From positions 256,001 through 320,000 of the forward strand of contig JBHLOY010000002.1 in the NCBI GenBank assembly GCA_048939995.1: DNA of 64,000 nt. Direction: 5' to 3'. The DNA comes from Promethearchaeota archaeon (GTDB taxonomy: Archaea; Asgardarchaeota; Lokiarchaeia; Sigyniarchaeales; SOKP01). Made by a program: the position numbers and the translations under genes. The first letter of the stretch is position 1; each line of letters opens with the position of its first letter. Shown piece after piece: positions 9,591-19,172 of this stretch. Below the pieces are notes generated by a model, which had not been told where the DNA came from, ran no database searches, and saw nothing but the letters and a program-made list of their open reading frames with translations.

Positions 9591-10715
9591 ATGTCAAATC
9601 TAAAATATCAATTATCCAATTTCTTTAAGCATAAATGCGCTGTATGGGAAATCACGTTAAAATGTAATAGTAGATGTATTCATTGTGGTTCATCAGCTGG
9701 TAAATCTCGTTTAGATGAACTCGATACAAAAGAGGCATTAAATTTAGTTAAAGAATTAAAATCATGTGGATATGATGGGATTGCCTTAATGGGTGGCGAA
9801 CCTTTTCTAAGAGAAGATTGGTATGATGTTGCCCATGAAATCAAGAGAAACAAAATAAAACTAACAATTGTCTCCAATGGCTTAGAAATCAAAAGTCAGA
9901 TTCCTGAGTTAAAAGTATTAAAAACAGATTGTGTTTCCTTAAGTCTAGATGGCGCAACTGCTAAAACCCACGATCATATAAGGGGAATTAAGGGTTCCTA
10001 TGATAGGGTTTTAAGTTCTATAAATTTACTTCAAAAGGCTCATATTCCAGTTAGCGTTATAACCACAATTAGTAAAATTAACTTTAAAGAGTTAAAAATG
10101 ATTCGAGATTTACTGCTTAATAAAGGAATTGCTTGGCAAATTCAAATAGCATTACCAATTGGCAGATTTCCAAGAGAATTAGTTATTTCTCGAGAAGAAT
10201 TTTATGGTATTGCTATGTTTATAGCATTGAATTGCAAAAGATATTCAATAAGAGAATTACCATTAATAGGAGCTCACTGTTTTGGATATTTTTCAAACAT
10301 GTTGCCTGAAGTAGGATTGGAACCTTGGATTGGGTGTCAAGCAGGCAAATCTGTTTTAGGAATTCAGAGCAATGGAAACATTAAAGGTTGTTTGACTTTA
10401 CCAAATAAATTTATTGAGGGCAACATTAGAACTTCAAATCTCTCTGATATTGTCAATTGTAGAATCGATTCTGATTATTATAATTACATCCAAAAAACAG
10501 ACTCAAAAGATTATTGTTTTACATGTAAAATGTTCAAAAAGTGTAATGGAGGATGTTTAGGAACAAAAATCGCATTAAATTCTCTATATGCCCCTTATTG
10601 TTTAAGAGCTATTGAGGATGATTTATTTAGTGATCAATCCATACCGCTTAAGTGGAAGATCAATTCAAAACTTTCAAGATATAAATATCTATATCAAAAA
10701 ATTTTGCTAAAATGA
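9591..10715 (+). CDS. Radical SAM/SPASM-domain protein (peptide-maturase-like)
   Basis: VWEITLKCNSRCIHCGS, MGGEP, SLDG; SPASM cysteines GCQAG...IKGC...CFTC...CNGGC...YC. Confidence 0.9.
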   Translation: MSNLKYQLSNFFKHKCAVWEITLKCNSRCIHCGSSAGKSRLDELDTKEALNLVKELKSCGYDGIALMGGEPFLREDWYDVAHEIKRNKIKLTIVSNGLEIKSQIPELKVLKTDCVSLSLDGATAKTHDHIRGIKGSYDRVLSSINLLQKAHIPVSVITTISKINFKELKMIRDLLLNKGIAWQIQIALPIGRFPRELVISREEFYGIAMFIALNCKRYSIRELPLIGAHCFGYFSNMLPEVGLEPWIGCQAGKSVLGIQSNGNIKGCLTLPNKFIEGNIRTSNLSDIVNCRIDSDYYNYIQKTDSKDYCFTCKMFKKCNGGCLGTKIALNSLYAPYCLRAIEDDLFSDQSIPLKWKINSKLSRYKYLYQKILLK

Positions 10716-10744
10716 ACATAAAATAAAAAATTGAGAGGAAAATT

Positions 10745-11005
10745 ATGGTTATTAAAGAGCTTTTTCAATTCTATAAGATAGGACAGGAATTAGGATTATC
10801 TCGAAAAGAAATTAACAGCATATTGTTGTTTAAAAATCGGTATCCATTAATGTTAGCGATAATATTGATCGTAATTATTTCAGTTTTTGCCATTTTTTTT
10901 TGGAACGTTGCTTTAATTCTATACGCTAAATCGACTGAACCGGTTTATCCTCGTGGAGCAATGTATTCTAGTATTAGTATCAAAGATTTCAGAGATAAAA
11001 GATGA
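10745..11005 (+). CDS. Small single-TM protein of unknown function
   Basis: 86-aa ORF with GAGGA upstream; one hydrophobic helix; stop overlaps the next start (ATGA). Confidence 0.7.
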   Translation: MVIKELFQFYKIGQELGLSRKEINSILLFKNRYPLMLAIILIVIISVFAIFFWNVALILYAKSTEPVYPRGAMYSSISIKDFRDKR

Positions 11006-12345
11006 AGTTGAATATTGGTTGCGGTAAGAAATATGAGCCAGATTATTATAATATAGACTTATTTGATGACTTAATTGCTGATAAAAAGATGTCTGCTCTA
11101 GATCTTGAATTTGATGACAATTCTTGCCAAGAGATTAAGGCAATTCATCTAATCGAGCACTTAGGATTTTATCAATCTATTTATGCCCTGGGTGAGTTTT
11201 TCAGAGTTTTAGAACCAAAAGGCAAATTAATTATAGAAACTCCTGATTTAGAAAAAGCTTTTCGTACCTATTTAAACTCAAATTATGGACAAAAAAATGA
11301 TGTACTAAGTTGGATATATGGACTCCCTCATGAAGGGCTTGAACACAAATTTTGTTTTCCCCCTCAGTTATTATATGAGATATTAGAAAAGATTGGGTTT
11401 GAGAATGTAAATTATATGAGTTTTTATAATAGTGAATCAATTCCTACTGTAAAATTTGAAGTTAATAAACCAGAAGTCAATGAGTTTGTTGAAATCTTTC
11501 AAATTTTTTCTCACATTCGTAAAGAAATGTTAAAAAATAAGGTTGTCAACTTTAAGGATTTATTCACAACGAAAGAAAAAGAAGACCTTTTGAATTTATT
11601 ATTGATAGAATCGCTTGATTTTATTAAAAATAAACGAGTAAAAAATCAAATAAATTGTATAAAAAAATCATTAATAATTTCACCCCAGATTGTAAAAATC
11701 TTTATAGAACAAATAAAAAATGTTCAAATATTTTCCGATTTAGAGAGAACTCAAATCTTAGAAATAATAGAATCTCTTATTAAATTCAAATTTCATAAAA
11801 TTTTATTAACTACTCTTATGAAAGCCCCTTTAATACCAGGTGGTCAAAAAGTTCTTTTGTCTTCGATTGAATCATTCGGTTTGGCAATAATTGATAAATT
11901 GGGCTCTCCAGAAAAAGATAAGATGACAGAAAAGTTAAAGGAATTAGCCCTCAATTTAGAGAATCATGATCTTTCACTATTTTCCGCTAATATAATAAAA
12001 AGAACGTCTTTAGATTTCTTTTATCTGGGTATAAAAAGTTTCTATAATCAAGATTATAAGACTGCCTTAAATAAGATATTAATAGCTATAAAGATATATA
12101 GAGACAATTTTTTGTACTATTGGAACTTAGCCAAAATATTAGTCAACTTGAACTTAAAACAAAAAGCGATAAAATATTATAAAAGAACATTGAAATTGTT
12201 GTATCTAAGTAAACTTGCGAATAAATCCCAAATTAAGGATGATATAAAAAAAGAATTAAATTCAATAAGAAAATTAAAAGCAAAAACATTGTTATTAGAA
12301 CCGATATTAACTCTTGATAAATATGAATCTAATAAATTAATCTAA
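11002..12345 (+). CDS. SAM-dependent methyltransferase-like domain fused to a helical/TPR C-terminus
   Basis: KLNIGCG, NIDL, HLIEHL, RVLEPKGKLIIETPD; C-terminal TPR-like YYWNLAKI...AIKYYKRTL. Confidence 0.8.
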   Translation: MKLNIGCGKKYEPDYYNIDLFDDLIADKKMSALDLEFDDNSCQEIKAIHLIEHLGFYQSIYALGEFFRVLEPKGKLIIETPDLEKAFRTYLNSNYGQKNDVLSWIYGLPHEGLEHKFCFPPQLLYEILEKIGFENVNYMSFYNSESIPTVKFEVNKPEVNEFVEIFQIFSHIRKEMLKNKVVNFKDLFTTKEKEDLLNLLLIESLDFIKNKRVKNQINCIKKSLIISPQIVKIFIEQIKNVQIFSDLERTQILEIIESLIKFKFHKILLTTLMKAPLIPGGQKVLLSSIESFGLAIIDKLGSPEKDKMTEKLKELALNLENHDLSLFSANIIKRTSLDFFYLGIKSFYNQDYKTALNKILIAIKIYRDNFLYYWNLAKILVNLNLKQKAIKYYKRTLKLLYLSKLANKSQIKDDIKKELNSIRKLKAKTLLLEPILTLDKYESNKLI

Positions 12346-12346
12346 A

Positions 12347-13375
12347 GTGATTGAAATGAAAGAAGAATCAATTAAAATATCGAGAACCAAGATAATCTTC
12401 CTTGGTTTGGTAATAGTATCTGCATTTCTATTAGTTATCAATTTAATTCCAAATTTTGTGGTAAACGAGGGAATAACCACTCACTTCTCAGATACTTTAT
12501 CGACTAACAGACAGACATTTGTAAATAAAAGTAATCCTGACTTTAACTATAATATTTACGAGTATTACACAATTATTAGCAACTCTTGCGAAACTTATAT
12601 CCACTATAATCTGGAATTATTGCCAGAGGAAACTGAGGAATTACATTTTTTTATGCATTCATCTCCTGTAAATATTGAAATAAATTTAATTTTAGTTGGA
12701 TCTAATTGGAATTCTTCTGAAATAACTTGGAATACTAAACCTGAACATGAACAAATTATCGATACAGTAAATATTTCTAGTATCACTCAGAGCCCTTTTC
12801 AAGAATATTACAATTTTGAAGAAACTATTAATTTAACACGATTGATTGAAAATAATCATCTTACTGAAATCAGTTTTTGCATAAATATCACGGAGAATAA
12901 TGTAGAACTAAATGAAAGTGTTGGATTATGGGGAATGCTACTTATGTGGAGGTATGAGAAACTTCTCTTATCCTATACCACTATTGTTACCTCAATCATC
13001 ATTTCCTTCATATTGATAGGAACGATAATATATAATCATATAGGGGTATATTCTTGTCCAAGCTGTAAAACTAAAAGTAAAGTAATTGATAAATTTTGTT
13101 TATCCTGTAGAAATGATTTTAAAGAGGATTTTTTAAGCAAAAATGCTGATTATCAATTAGCATTGATTGTCTTATGGATCTTTGCACTTTTTGAGGGCAG
13201 CTTCCTAATTTGGGGAGTGCAAATGGTTTATAAGACATATCGTATAATGTATATTCCATTTTTTATATTCTTAATAATTAATTGGATTGTCTTTTGCTCA
13301 ATCCAACTAAACTTTAAAATTAACAAATATAAACGGATAAGAGATGTCTTAAAATTTTTTACAATAACAAATTAA
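12347..13375 (+). CDS. Membrane protein with extracellular DNRLRE/CBM96-like domain and zinc ribbon (paralog 1)
   Basis: N-terminal TM; FVNKSNPDFNY, WNSSEITWNTKP; TM; CPSC..CLSC; two more TMs. Confidence 0.7.
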   Translation: MIEMKEESIKISRTKIIFLGLVIVSAFLLVINLIPNFVVNEGITTHFSDTLSTNRQTFVNKSNPDFNYNIYEYYTIISNSCETYIHYNLELLPEETEELHFFMHSSPVNIEINLILVGSNWNSSEITWNTKPEHEQIIDTVNISSITQSPFQEYYNFEETINLTRLIENNHLTEISFCINITENNVELNESVGLWGMLLMWRYEKLLLSYTTIVTSIIISFILIGTIIYNHIGVYSCPSCKTKSKVIDKFCLSCRNDFKEDFLSKNADYQLALIVLWIFALFEGSFLIWGVQMVYKTYRIMYIPFFIFLIINWIVFCSIQLNFKINKYKRIRDVLKFFTITN

Positions 13376-13376
13376 G

Positions 13377-14402
13377 ATGATAAGCCAATCAATTAAGAAA
13401 TCGAGAAGTCATATAATTTTTCTTAGTTTGCTAATAGCATCTATCTCTCTATTTATTATTAATTTCATTCCAATCTTTATATCAAATGAGGGAATAACTA
13501 CTCAATTTTCAGATAATTTATGGCCTAACAGAGAAATGTTTGTAAATAAAAGTAATCCCAACTTTAATTATAACATTTATGAGTATGCAGGAATTATTAG
13601 TAATTCATGTGAAGCATATATTCACTTTAATCTTGAATTGTTACCAAGAGAAACTGAACAATTATATTTTTTTATGTATCATTATCATTTTATAGAAAGT
13701 TATCCCCCACCTGTAGAAGATATTGAAATAAATTTAATTTTAGTAGGATCTAATTGGAGTTCTTCTGAAATAACTTGGAATAATAAACCTAAACATGAGC
13801 AAATCATCAATACTGTGAATGCTTCTAATATAGTCCAAAGTCCTCTTCTACAGTATTACAATTTTGAAAAAACTATTGATTTAACAGAATTGATTGAAAA
13901 TAATCATCTCAGTGAAATTAGCTTCTGTATAAATATCACAAAGAATAATGTAGTGTTAAACGATAGCATCGAATTATGGGGAATCCAACTAATTTGGAGG
14001 TATACAAAGCTTCTTATCTCTAATACTACAATTATTACATCTATTATTATTTTCTCGATTCTAATTGGAACGATTTTGCATATCAGAAAAGATATAAGTT
14101 CTTGTTCAATTTGCAAAACAAAAAGAAAGCTTACTGATAAGGTTTGCTTATCATGTAAAAACAATTTTAGAGAGGAAACTTTTATTAAAAGTGCAGATTA
14201 TCAATTAATTTTGGCAATATTCTGGATATTTGCACTTTTTGAGATTAACTCTTTAATCTGGATTTGGAACAGATATGTGTGGCCATTATTTGTTTTGACT
14301 CTATTGTCTGGTATCATTTTAATTAATTGGACTATGATAGCTATAGCTCAAATCGTGCTAAAATTAAAGAAATATGGGAGAATAAGAGCACTTTTAAGAT
14401 AA
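13377..14402 (+). CDS. Membrane protein with extracellular DNRLRE/CBM96-like domain and zinc ribbon (paralog 2)
   Basis: Colinear tandem duplicate of 12347-13375 (FVNKSNPNFNY, WSSSEITWNNKP, CSIC..CLSC). Confidence 0.7.
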   Translation: MISQSIKKSRSHIIFLSLLIASISLFIINFIPIFISNEGITTQFSDNLWPNREMFVNKSNPNFNYNIYEYAGIISNSCEAYIHFNLELLPRETEQLYFFMYHYHFIESYPPPVEDIEINLILVGSNWSSSEITWNNKPKHEQIINTVNASNIVQSPLLQYYNFEKTIDLTELIENNHLSEISFCINITKNNVVLNDSIELWGIQLIWRYTKLLISNTTIITSIIIFSILIGTILHIRKDISSCSICKTKRKLTDKVCLSCKNNFREETFIKSADYQLILAIFWIFALFEINSLIWIWNRYVWPLFVLTLLSGIILINWTMIAIAQIVLKLKKYGRIRALLR

Positions 14403-14417
14403 AAGATACTTCATAGG

Positions 14418-14426
14418 TTTTTTTTT
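14418..14426 (+). terminator. Oligo-T tract, probable archaeal terminator
   Basis: T9 run starting 16 nt after the stop of the last gene of the 9591-14402 cluster. Confidence 0.4.
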
Positions 14427-14503
14427 CTCATAGATAATATTCTTCCCTTGAATTTATATTCAAATACTAATTTAATATTATTTATAGAAAAAAGTGATAA
14501 AGA

Positions 14504-15232
14504 ATGGAATTAGAAGAAAAAATTGACCAATATTTGAAACTTAAAAGAGCGTTTAAATCCCAGATTATTCCTCATGAAACGGCTCTTATTATTATTGATA
14601 TGCAAAACTATCAAGTGAAGCAAACATCTGCTATCGTTGAATCTTTTGAAAAATCAGTCCCAGGGTTAATTCAATATTTTGTAAAACAGGTCGAAGAAGT
14701 AGTAACTCCAAATATAATACGATTATTAGAATTTTTTAGAGAACATAAACTTCAAGTAATTTACACTAAATTTGCCAGTCGTAGAAAAGATCGTAAGGAT
14801 TATTCAAATAACATTCGGGAAATAAATGAAAGGTTTGAGAATATGTTTGGAAAATACATTTTCCCGTCTATTCAAGAAGTAGATGCAGATATTATCCCTG
14901 AATTAAAGCCAGAAGAAAATGACACCATTATCTTAAAAACAACTAATGGAACATTTAGCTCGACTGATCTTGAGCATCAATTAAAAAATCTAGGAGTGAA
15001 TACTGTTATAGTCGTCGGAGTTGTTACTCATATATGCGTTGAGAATACCGCAAGAATAGCATTTGATTTAGGGTTCAATGTTTTTGTGGTTAATGATGCA
15101 AGTGCAGGATGGACTCCAACTTTACATAATGCTGCATTGAGAAGTATGGAGTTATTCTTTATAGATGTAGTATCTACTAATGAAGTTCTAAAATCCATGA
15201 AAAAACAATTGAAAAAAAAAAATAAAGATTAA
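14504..15232 (+). CDS. Isochorismatase-family cysteine hydrolase
   Basis: Catalytic triad motifs IIDMQN, ILKTT, GVVTHICVENTAR. Confidence 0.9.
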   Translation: MELEEKIDQYLKLKRAFKSQIIPHETALIIIDMQNYQVKQTSAIVESFEKSVPGLIQYFVKQVEEVVTPNIIRLLEFFREHKLQVIYTKFASRRKDRKDYSNNIREINERFENMFGKYIFPSIQEVDADIIPELKPEENDTIILKTTNGTFSSTDLEHQLKNLGVNTVIVVGVVTHICVENTARIAFDLGFNVFVVNDASAGWTPTLHNAALRSMELFFIDVVSTNEVLKSMKKQLKKKNKD

Positions 15233-15347
15233 ACATTCTATATCGAATAAATAAAAAATTCAACATTGAATGACAAAAATTTAGATTTCTTAGTTAAAAT
15301 TTATTTTAACTTTTCTAAAATGAAAAATAATCTCAAGGTAAGGTAAA

Positions 15348-16481
15348 ATGAATGAAAATTTTAAAGTAGATGTATATCGAGAATTGCAGCAACATTTAGA
15401 TACATTTCCAGTGGGTTTTCCTGCAACAAGATCAGGAGTAGAAATACGTTTATTAAAACAACTTTTTAGTCCTGAAGAAGCAAAAATTGCCTCCAAATTG
15501 AAATTTTCATATGATAATTTTGAAACTTTAGAGACAATTCATAAACGCCTAAGCTTATTAGGGTTTAGATTTACAATAGACGAATTAGAAAATCATTTAG
15601 ATAACATGGCTAAAAAAGGCGCGATTAAATACTTAAAAAAGGGGAATCAGAAGACTTATAGTGCTGCAATATTTATACTTGGCATGTTTGAGTATCAAGT
15701 GAATAAATTAACTAAAAAGTTCGCTGAAGATACAAAGAGATACTTGCGAGAAGCTCTTATAACAGATATGGGAAAAAATCTTCCACTTCAGCTACGTACA
15801 ATTCCAGTGGGGGTTGGAATTGAACATAACATTAATATAGCGAATTTTGAAGACATTCAAAAGATTATAGAAAATGCTGATGGCCCATTTGCAGTACAAA
15901 ATTGTATATGTCGCCAATCAAGTCAATTACTAGGAAAATCTTGTAGGGTTACCTCTAGATTGGAGACATGTATAGGAGTTGGTATCGTAGCTGAAATGTA
16001 CATAGATATGGGATGGGCTCGTGAAATTAATAAAGAAGAAGCAATCGAAATATTTAAGATGAATGAAGAAGAGGGATTAGTGCTCCAACCTGGAAACGCA
16101 CAGGAGCCTCACTTTATTTGTAGTTGTTGCGGTTGCTGTTGTGAGGAATTAGTAAGCGTAAAAACATTCTCTAGTCCCGCAAATATTGTTTCTACAAATT
16201 ATTATGCTGAAATTGATCCTGATATGTGTTCAGGATGTGGAACTTGTAGTGAGCGTTGTCAATTAGACGCAATAACTCTTGAAAGTAATATATCTTCAAT
16301 TAATCTTCAAAGATGTATAGGCTGTGGAAACTGTACCTTAGTTTGTCCCTCAGAAGCTATAAACTTGGTAGAGAAAAAAGCAGCGTTTATACCGGCGAAA
16401 ACAATGTCAGAGTATTATGAACAAAATTTGAAAACTAGAACAAAACGTAAGGAAAGAAAGTTAAGGAAAGTATTGAATTAG
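15348..16481 (+). CDS. Fe-S protein: helical N-terminus, Cys-rich middle domain, C-terminal 2x[4Fe-4S] ferredoxin
   Basis: NCICRQ, LETC, ICSCCGCCC, CSGCGTCSERC, CIGCGNCTLVCP. Confidence 0.85.
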   Translation: MNENFKVDVYRELQQHLDTFPVGFPATRSGVEIRLLKQLFSPEEAKIASKLKFSYDNFETLETIHKRLSLLGFRFTIDELENHLDNMAKKGAIKYLKKGNQKTYSAAIFILGMFEYQVNKLTKKFAEDTKRYLREALITDMGKNLPLQLRTIPVGVGIEHNINIANFEDIQKIIENADGPFAVQNCICRQSSQLLGKSCRVTSRLETCIGVGIVAEMYIDMGWAREINKEEAIEIFKMNEEEGLVLQPGNAQEPHFICSCCGCCCEELVSVKTFSSPANIVSTNYYAEIDPDMCSGCGTCSERCQLDAITLESNISSINLQRCIGCGNCTLVCPSEAINLVEKKAAFIPAKTMSEYYEQNLKTRTKRKERKLRKVLN

Positions 16482-16651
16482 GAAATATAAGAAAAATGCC
16501 TTTCTCTAAAGCACTTTAACTTATAAATCATAGTTAGACTTCCTAAATTTACAACTAAAATTTATAAACCATATATTTAAATAATTTTGGTCAAATCCAA
16601 ATATATTCTCATAGAGAATTTATATAAATTATATATAAGGAGACAATTTAA

Positions 16652-18310
16652 ATGGAATCCGAATTATTTACATTTCTGGTTGGTGGGAAAGCAGGGGAAG
16701 GTATAAAAAAAGCTGGCTCAGTAGCAGCACAAATTTTTTCAAAGATGGGACGGCATGTATTTCAAATGGATGATTATATGTCTTTAATACGTGGTGGTCA
16801 TAATTTCTCAGTAGTAAGTACAGATATTATACCACTAACTAGCCAATACCTAAAAGCTCAAGTATCAGTTAATTTTGATATAAGAAGTTATGAAAAACAT
16901 AGGAATGATTTAATGGAAGATGGCATAATGATATATAATTCTGACGAGATTAAGAATGGGAAGGGTATTGGAATTCCTTTTAGTTCAGAAGCAAAAAAGT
17001 ATCCATTAAAGACTCTGATGTTTGGAGTAGGAGCAGTTGCAACATTATCCGCAATAATAGGGGTTGATAAAAAAAGGATGAACGTAATCATAAGAGAGGA
17101 ATATCCAAGAGGCATTGAAGATAATATTGCTTATGCAGAAAAAATCTATGATTTAATCTATCCAGACTGCTATAATAAATTTCAATTACTTAAGGGAGAT
17201 AATAAAAGACCTATAATATCTGGAAATGAAGCAATTAGTTTAGGCGCAGTGGCAGGAGGTTTAGATGCATATTATGCATATCCCATGACTCCCGCTTCCT
17301 CGATTCTTCACTTTCTAGCTAGTCATGCTGAAGATTTTGGTGTAGTAGTAGTTCATCCAGAAAGTGAAATCGCAGTTGTTAATATGGCAATAGGTTCTGC
17401 ATTTACTGGTGCAAAATCAATGGTTGGAACAAGTGGTGGAGGTTTTGCTCTTATGGCAGAAGGAATCTCATTAGCGGGAATTACTGAAACTCCTCTCTTA
17501 ATAGTATTATCAATGAGACCTGGCCCAGCAACTGGAGTTGCAACCTATACAGAACAAGGAGATTTAGGATTTGCGCTAAATGTTGGCCATGGAGAATTTC
17601 TACGAATTATTGCTTCTCCTGGATCGGTTAAAGAGGCATTTTATTTAACTTCTGAAATGTTAGATTTAGTGTGGAAATTCCAAACACCAGGGATCTTATT
17701 AACAGAAAAGCATTTATCTGAAAGTAGTATGACTGTTAATCTTAATGTTCAAAAGGCAAAATGGGTAGAACCTAAAATTCATGAAGGCAAGAATTATTTG
17801 AGATATTTAGATACTGAAGATGGAATCTCCCCGCTATTATTTCCGCCAAATAAGGAGATAATTAAATACAATTCTAATGAACATGATGAGGAGGGAATAT
17901 CAACAGAAGAGCCAGAGATTATTGAAAAAATGCATAATAAAAGAAAAAGGAAGATCAAAGCACTTGAAAATTATTTGAAAAATGTAAATACAGTAAATGT
18001 TTACGGCTCAGAAGAACCGTTTATATTTACTTATGGCTCAACAACAATGAGTGTACTTGAAGCATTGAAGTATGTTAAAGTGAAAGCTACAGTCGTCCAA
18101 CCAATATACTTGAATCCATTACCGGTGTGGATTCTTGATAAATATAAAGAAAAGAAAGCAATTGTTATTGAAATGAGTTCTATAGGTCAATTCTCACAAT
18201 TACTCCAAGAAAAAGTTGGTATTAAATTCCATTCAGAAATTAGAAAATATGATGGACGCCCATTCGATCCAATAGAATTATCAAATAAACTTATGGAGGT
18301 TTTGAAGTAA
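16652..18310 (+). CDS. korA: 2-oxoacid:ferredoxin oxidoreductase alpha subunit (fused gamma-alpha)
   Basis: GGKAGEG, SLIRGGHN, GNEAISLGA, YPMTP, ESEIA, TSGGGFALM, RPGPATG. Confidence 0.92.
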   Translation: MESELFTFLVGGKAGEGIKKAGSVAAQIFSKMGRHVFQMDDYMSLIRGGHNFSVVSTDIIPLTSQYLKAQVSVNFDIRSYEKHRNDLMEDGIMIYNSDEIKNGKGIGIPFSSEAKKYPLKTLMFGVGAVATLSAIIGVDKKRMNVIIREEYPRGIEDNIAYAEKIYDLIYPDCYNKFQLLKGDNKRPIISGNEAISLGAVAGGLDAYYAYPMTPASSILHFLASHAEDFGVVVVHPESEIAVVNMAIGSAFTGAKSMVGTSGGGFALMAEGISLAGITETPLLIVLSMRPGPATGVATYTEQGDLGFALNVGHGEFLRIIASPGSVKEAFYLTSEMLDLVWKFQTPGILLTEKHLSESSMTVNLNVQKAKWVEPKIHEGKNYLRYLDTEDGISPLLFPPNKEIIKYNSNEHDEEGISTEEPEIIEKMHNKRKRKIKALENYLKNVNTVNVYGSEEPFIFTYGSTTMSVLEALKYVKVKATVVQPIYLNPLPVWILDKYKEKKAIVIEMSSIGQFSQLLQEKVGIKFHSEIRKYDGRPFDPIELSNKLMEVLK

Positions 18311-19149
18311 TGGAAAATCTAAAAACTAATGCTGAGATCACATGGTGCCCAGGTTGCGGAAACTTTGCCATTCTAACTGCAGTTAGAAAAGCTATTTTAC
18401 AAATAGAAGAGAAGGGTTTAAAAAGAGAGAATATTTGTATCTCTTCAGGAATAGGATGTCACGCAAAGATATTCGATTATTTAAATCTAAGTGGAATATA
18501 TTCATTACATGGTAGAGATATTGCTACGGTACAAGGAATGAAGCTGGCAAATCCTGATTTGAAGGTTATAACATTTTCAGGAGATGGGAATGCTTTAGGA
18601 GAAGGACTAGCTCACACTCTGTTCGCAGCAAAAAGAAATCAAGATATGACATTAATTCTCCATAATAATAGTGTATACGCTCTTACTACTGGACAATTCA
18701 CTCCCTTAACCGAACAAGGATGGAAAGGACCCTCTACTCCAAAGGGAAGTATAGAAAAACCATTTAATGCGCTTTCTTTAATAATACAAGCGGGTGGTAC
18801 CTTTGTAGCACGAACTTTCGCTGGAGAAATTAATCATTTAACCGAAATAATGATCCAAGCAATCGAACATAAGGGATTTTCATTCGTTGAAGTTTTGCAA
18901 CCTGCTGTTCCATATCATTCTTGGAATGAATATCGTGATAAAATAGAGTTTCTCGATAAAGAGCCAGAATCTTTTGAAGAAGCGTTATCTATGGTTAATA
19001 AAAAACATGTATATACTCTTGGAATATTTTATAAAACTCAAAAACCAGTATTTCATGAAGAATTGTATGGAGATTATAATCCAGTTGTAAATAAAATAAA
19101 TCAAAAAGAAAGACATAATAAAATTATGGATTTATTAAAATCCATGTAA
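18310..19149 (+). CDS. korB: 2-oxoacid:ferredoxin oxidoreductase beta subunit
   Basis: TWCPGCGNF, SGIGC, LHGR, TPP motif GDG...NN, YALTTGQ; overlaps the korA stop. Confidence 0.92.
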   Translation: MENLKTNAEITWCPGCGNFAILTAVRKAILQIEEKGLKRENICISSGIGCHAKIFDYLNLSGIYSLHGRDIATVQGMKLANPDLKVITFSGDGNALGEGLAHTLFAAKRNQDMTLILHNNSVYALTTGQFTPLTEQGWKGPSTPKGSIEKPFNALSLIIQAGGTFVARTFAGEINHLTEIMIQAIEHKGFSFVEVLQPAVPYHSWNEYRDKIEFLDKEPESFEEALSMVNKKHVYTLGIFYKTQKPVFHEELYGDYNPVVNKINQKERHNKIMDLLKSM

Positions 19150-19172
19150 AACTCTTTTTAGATCTTAAAGTA

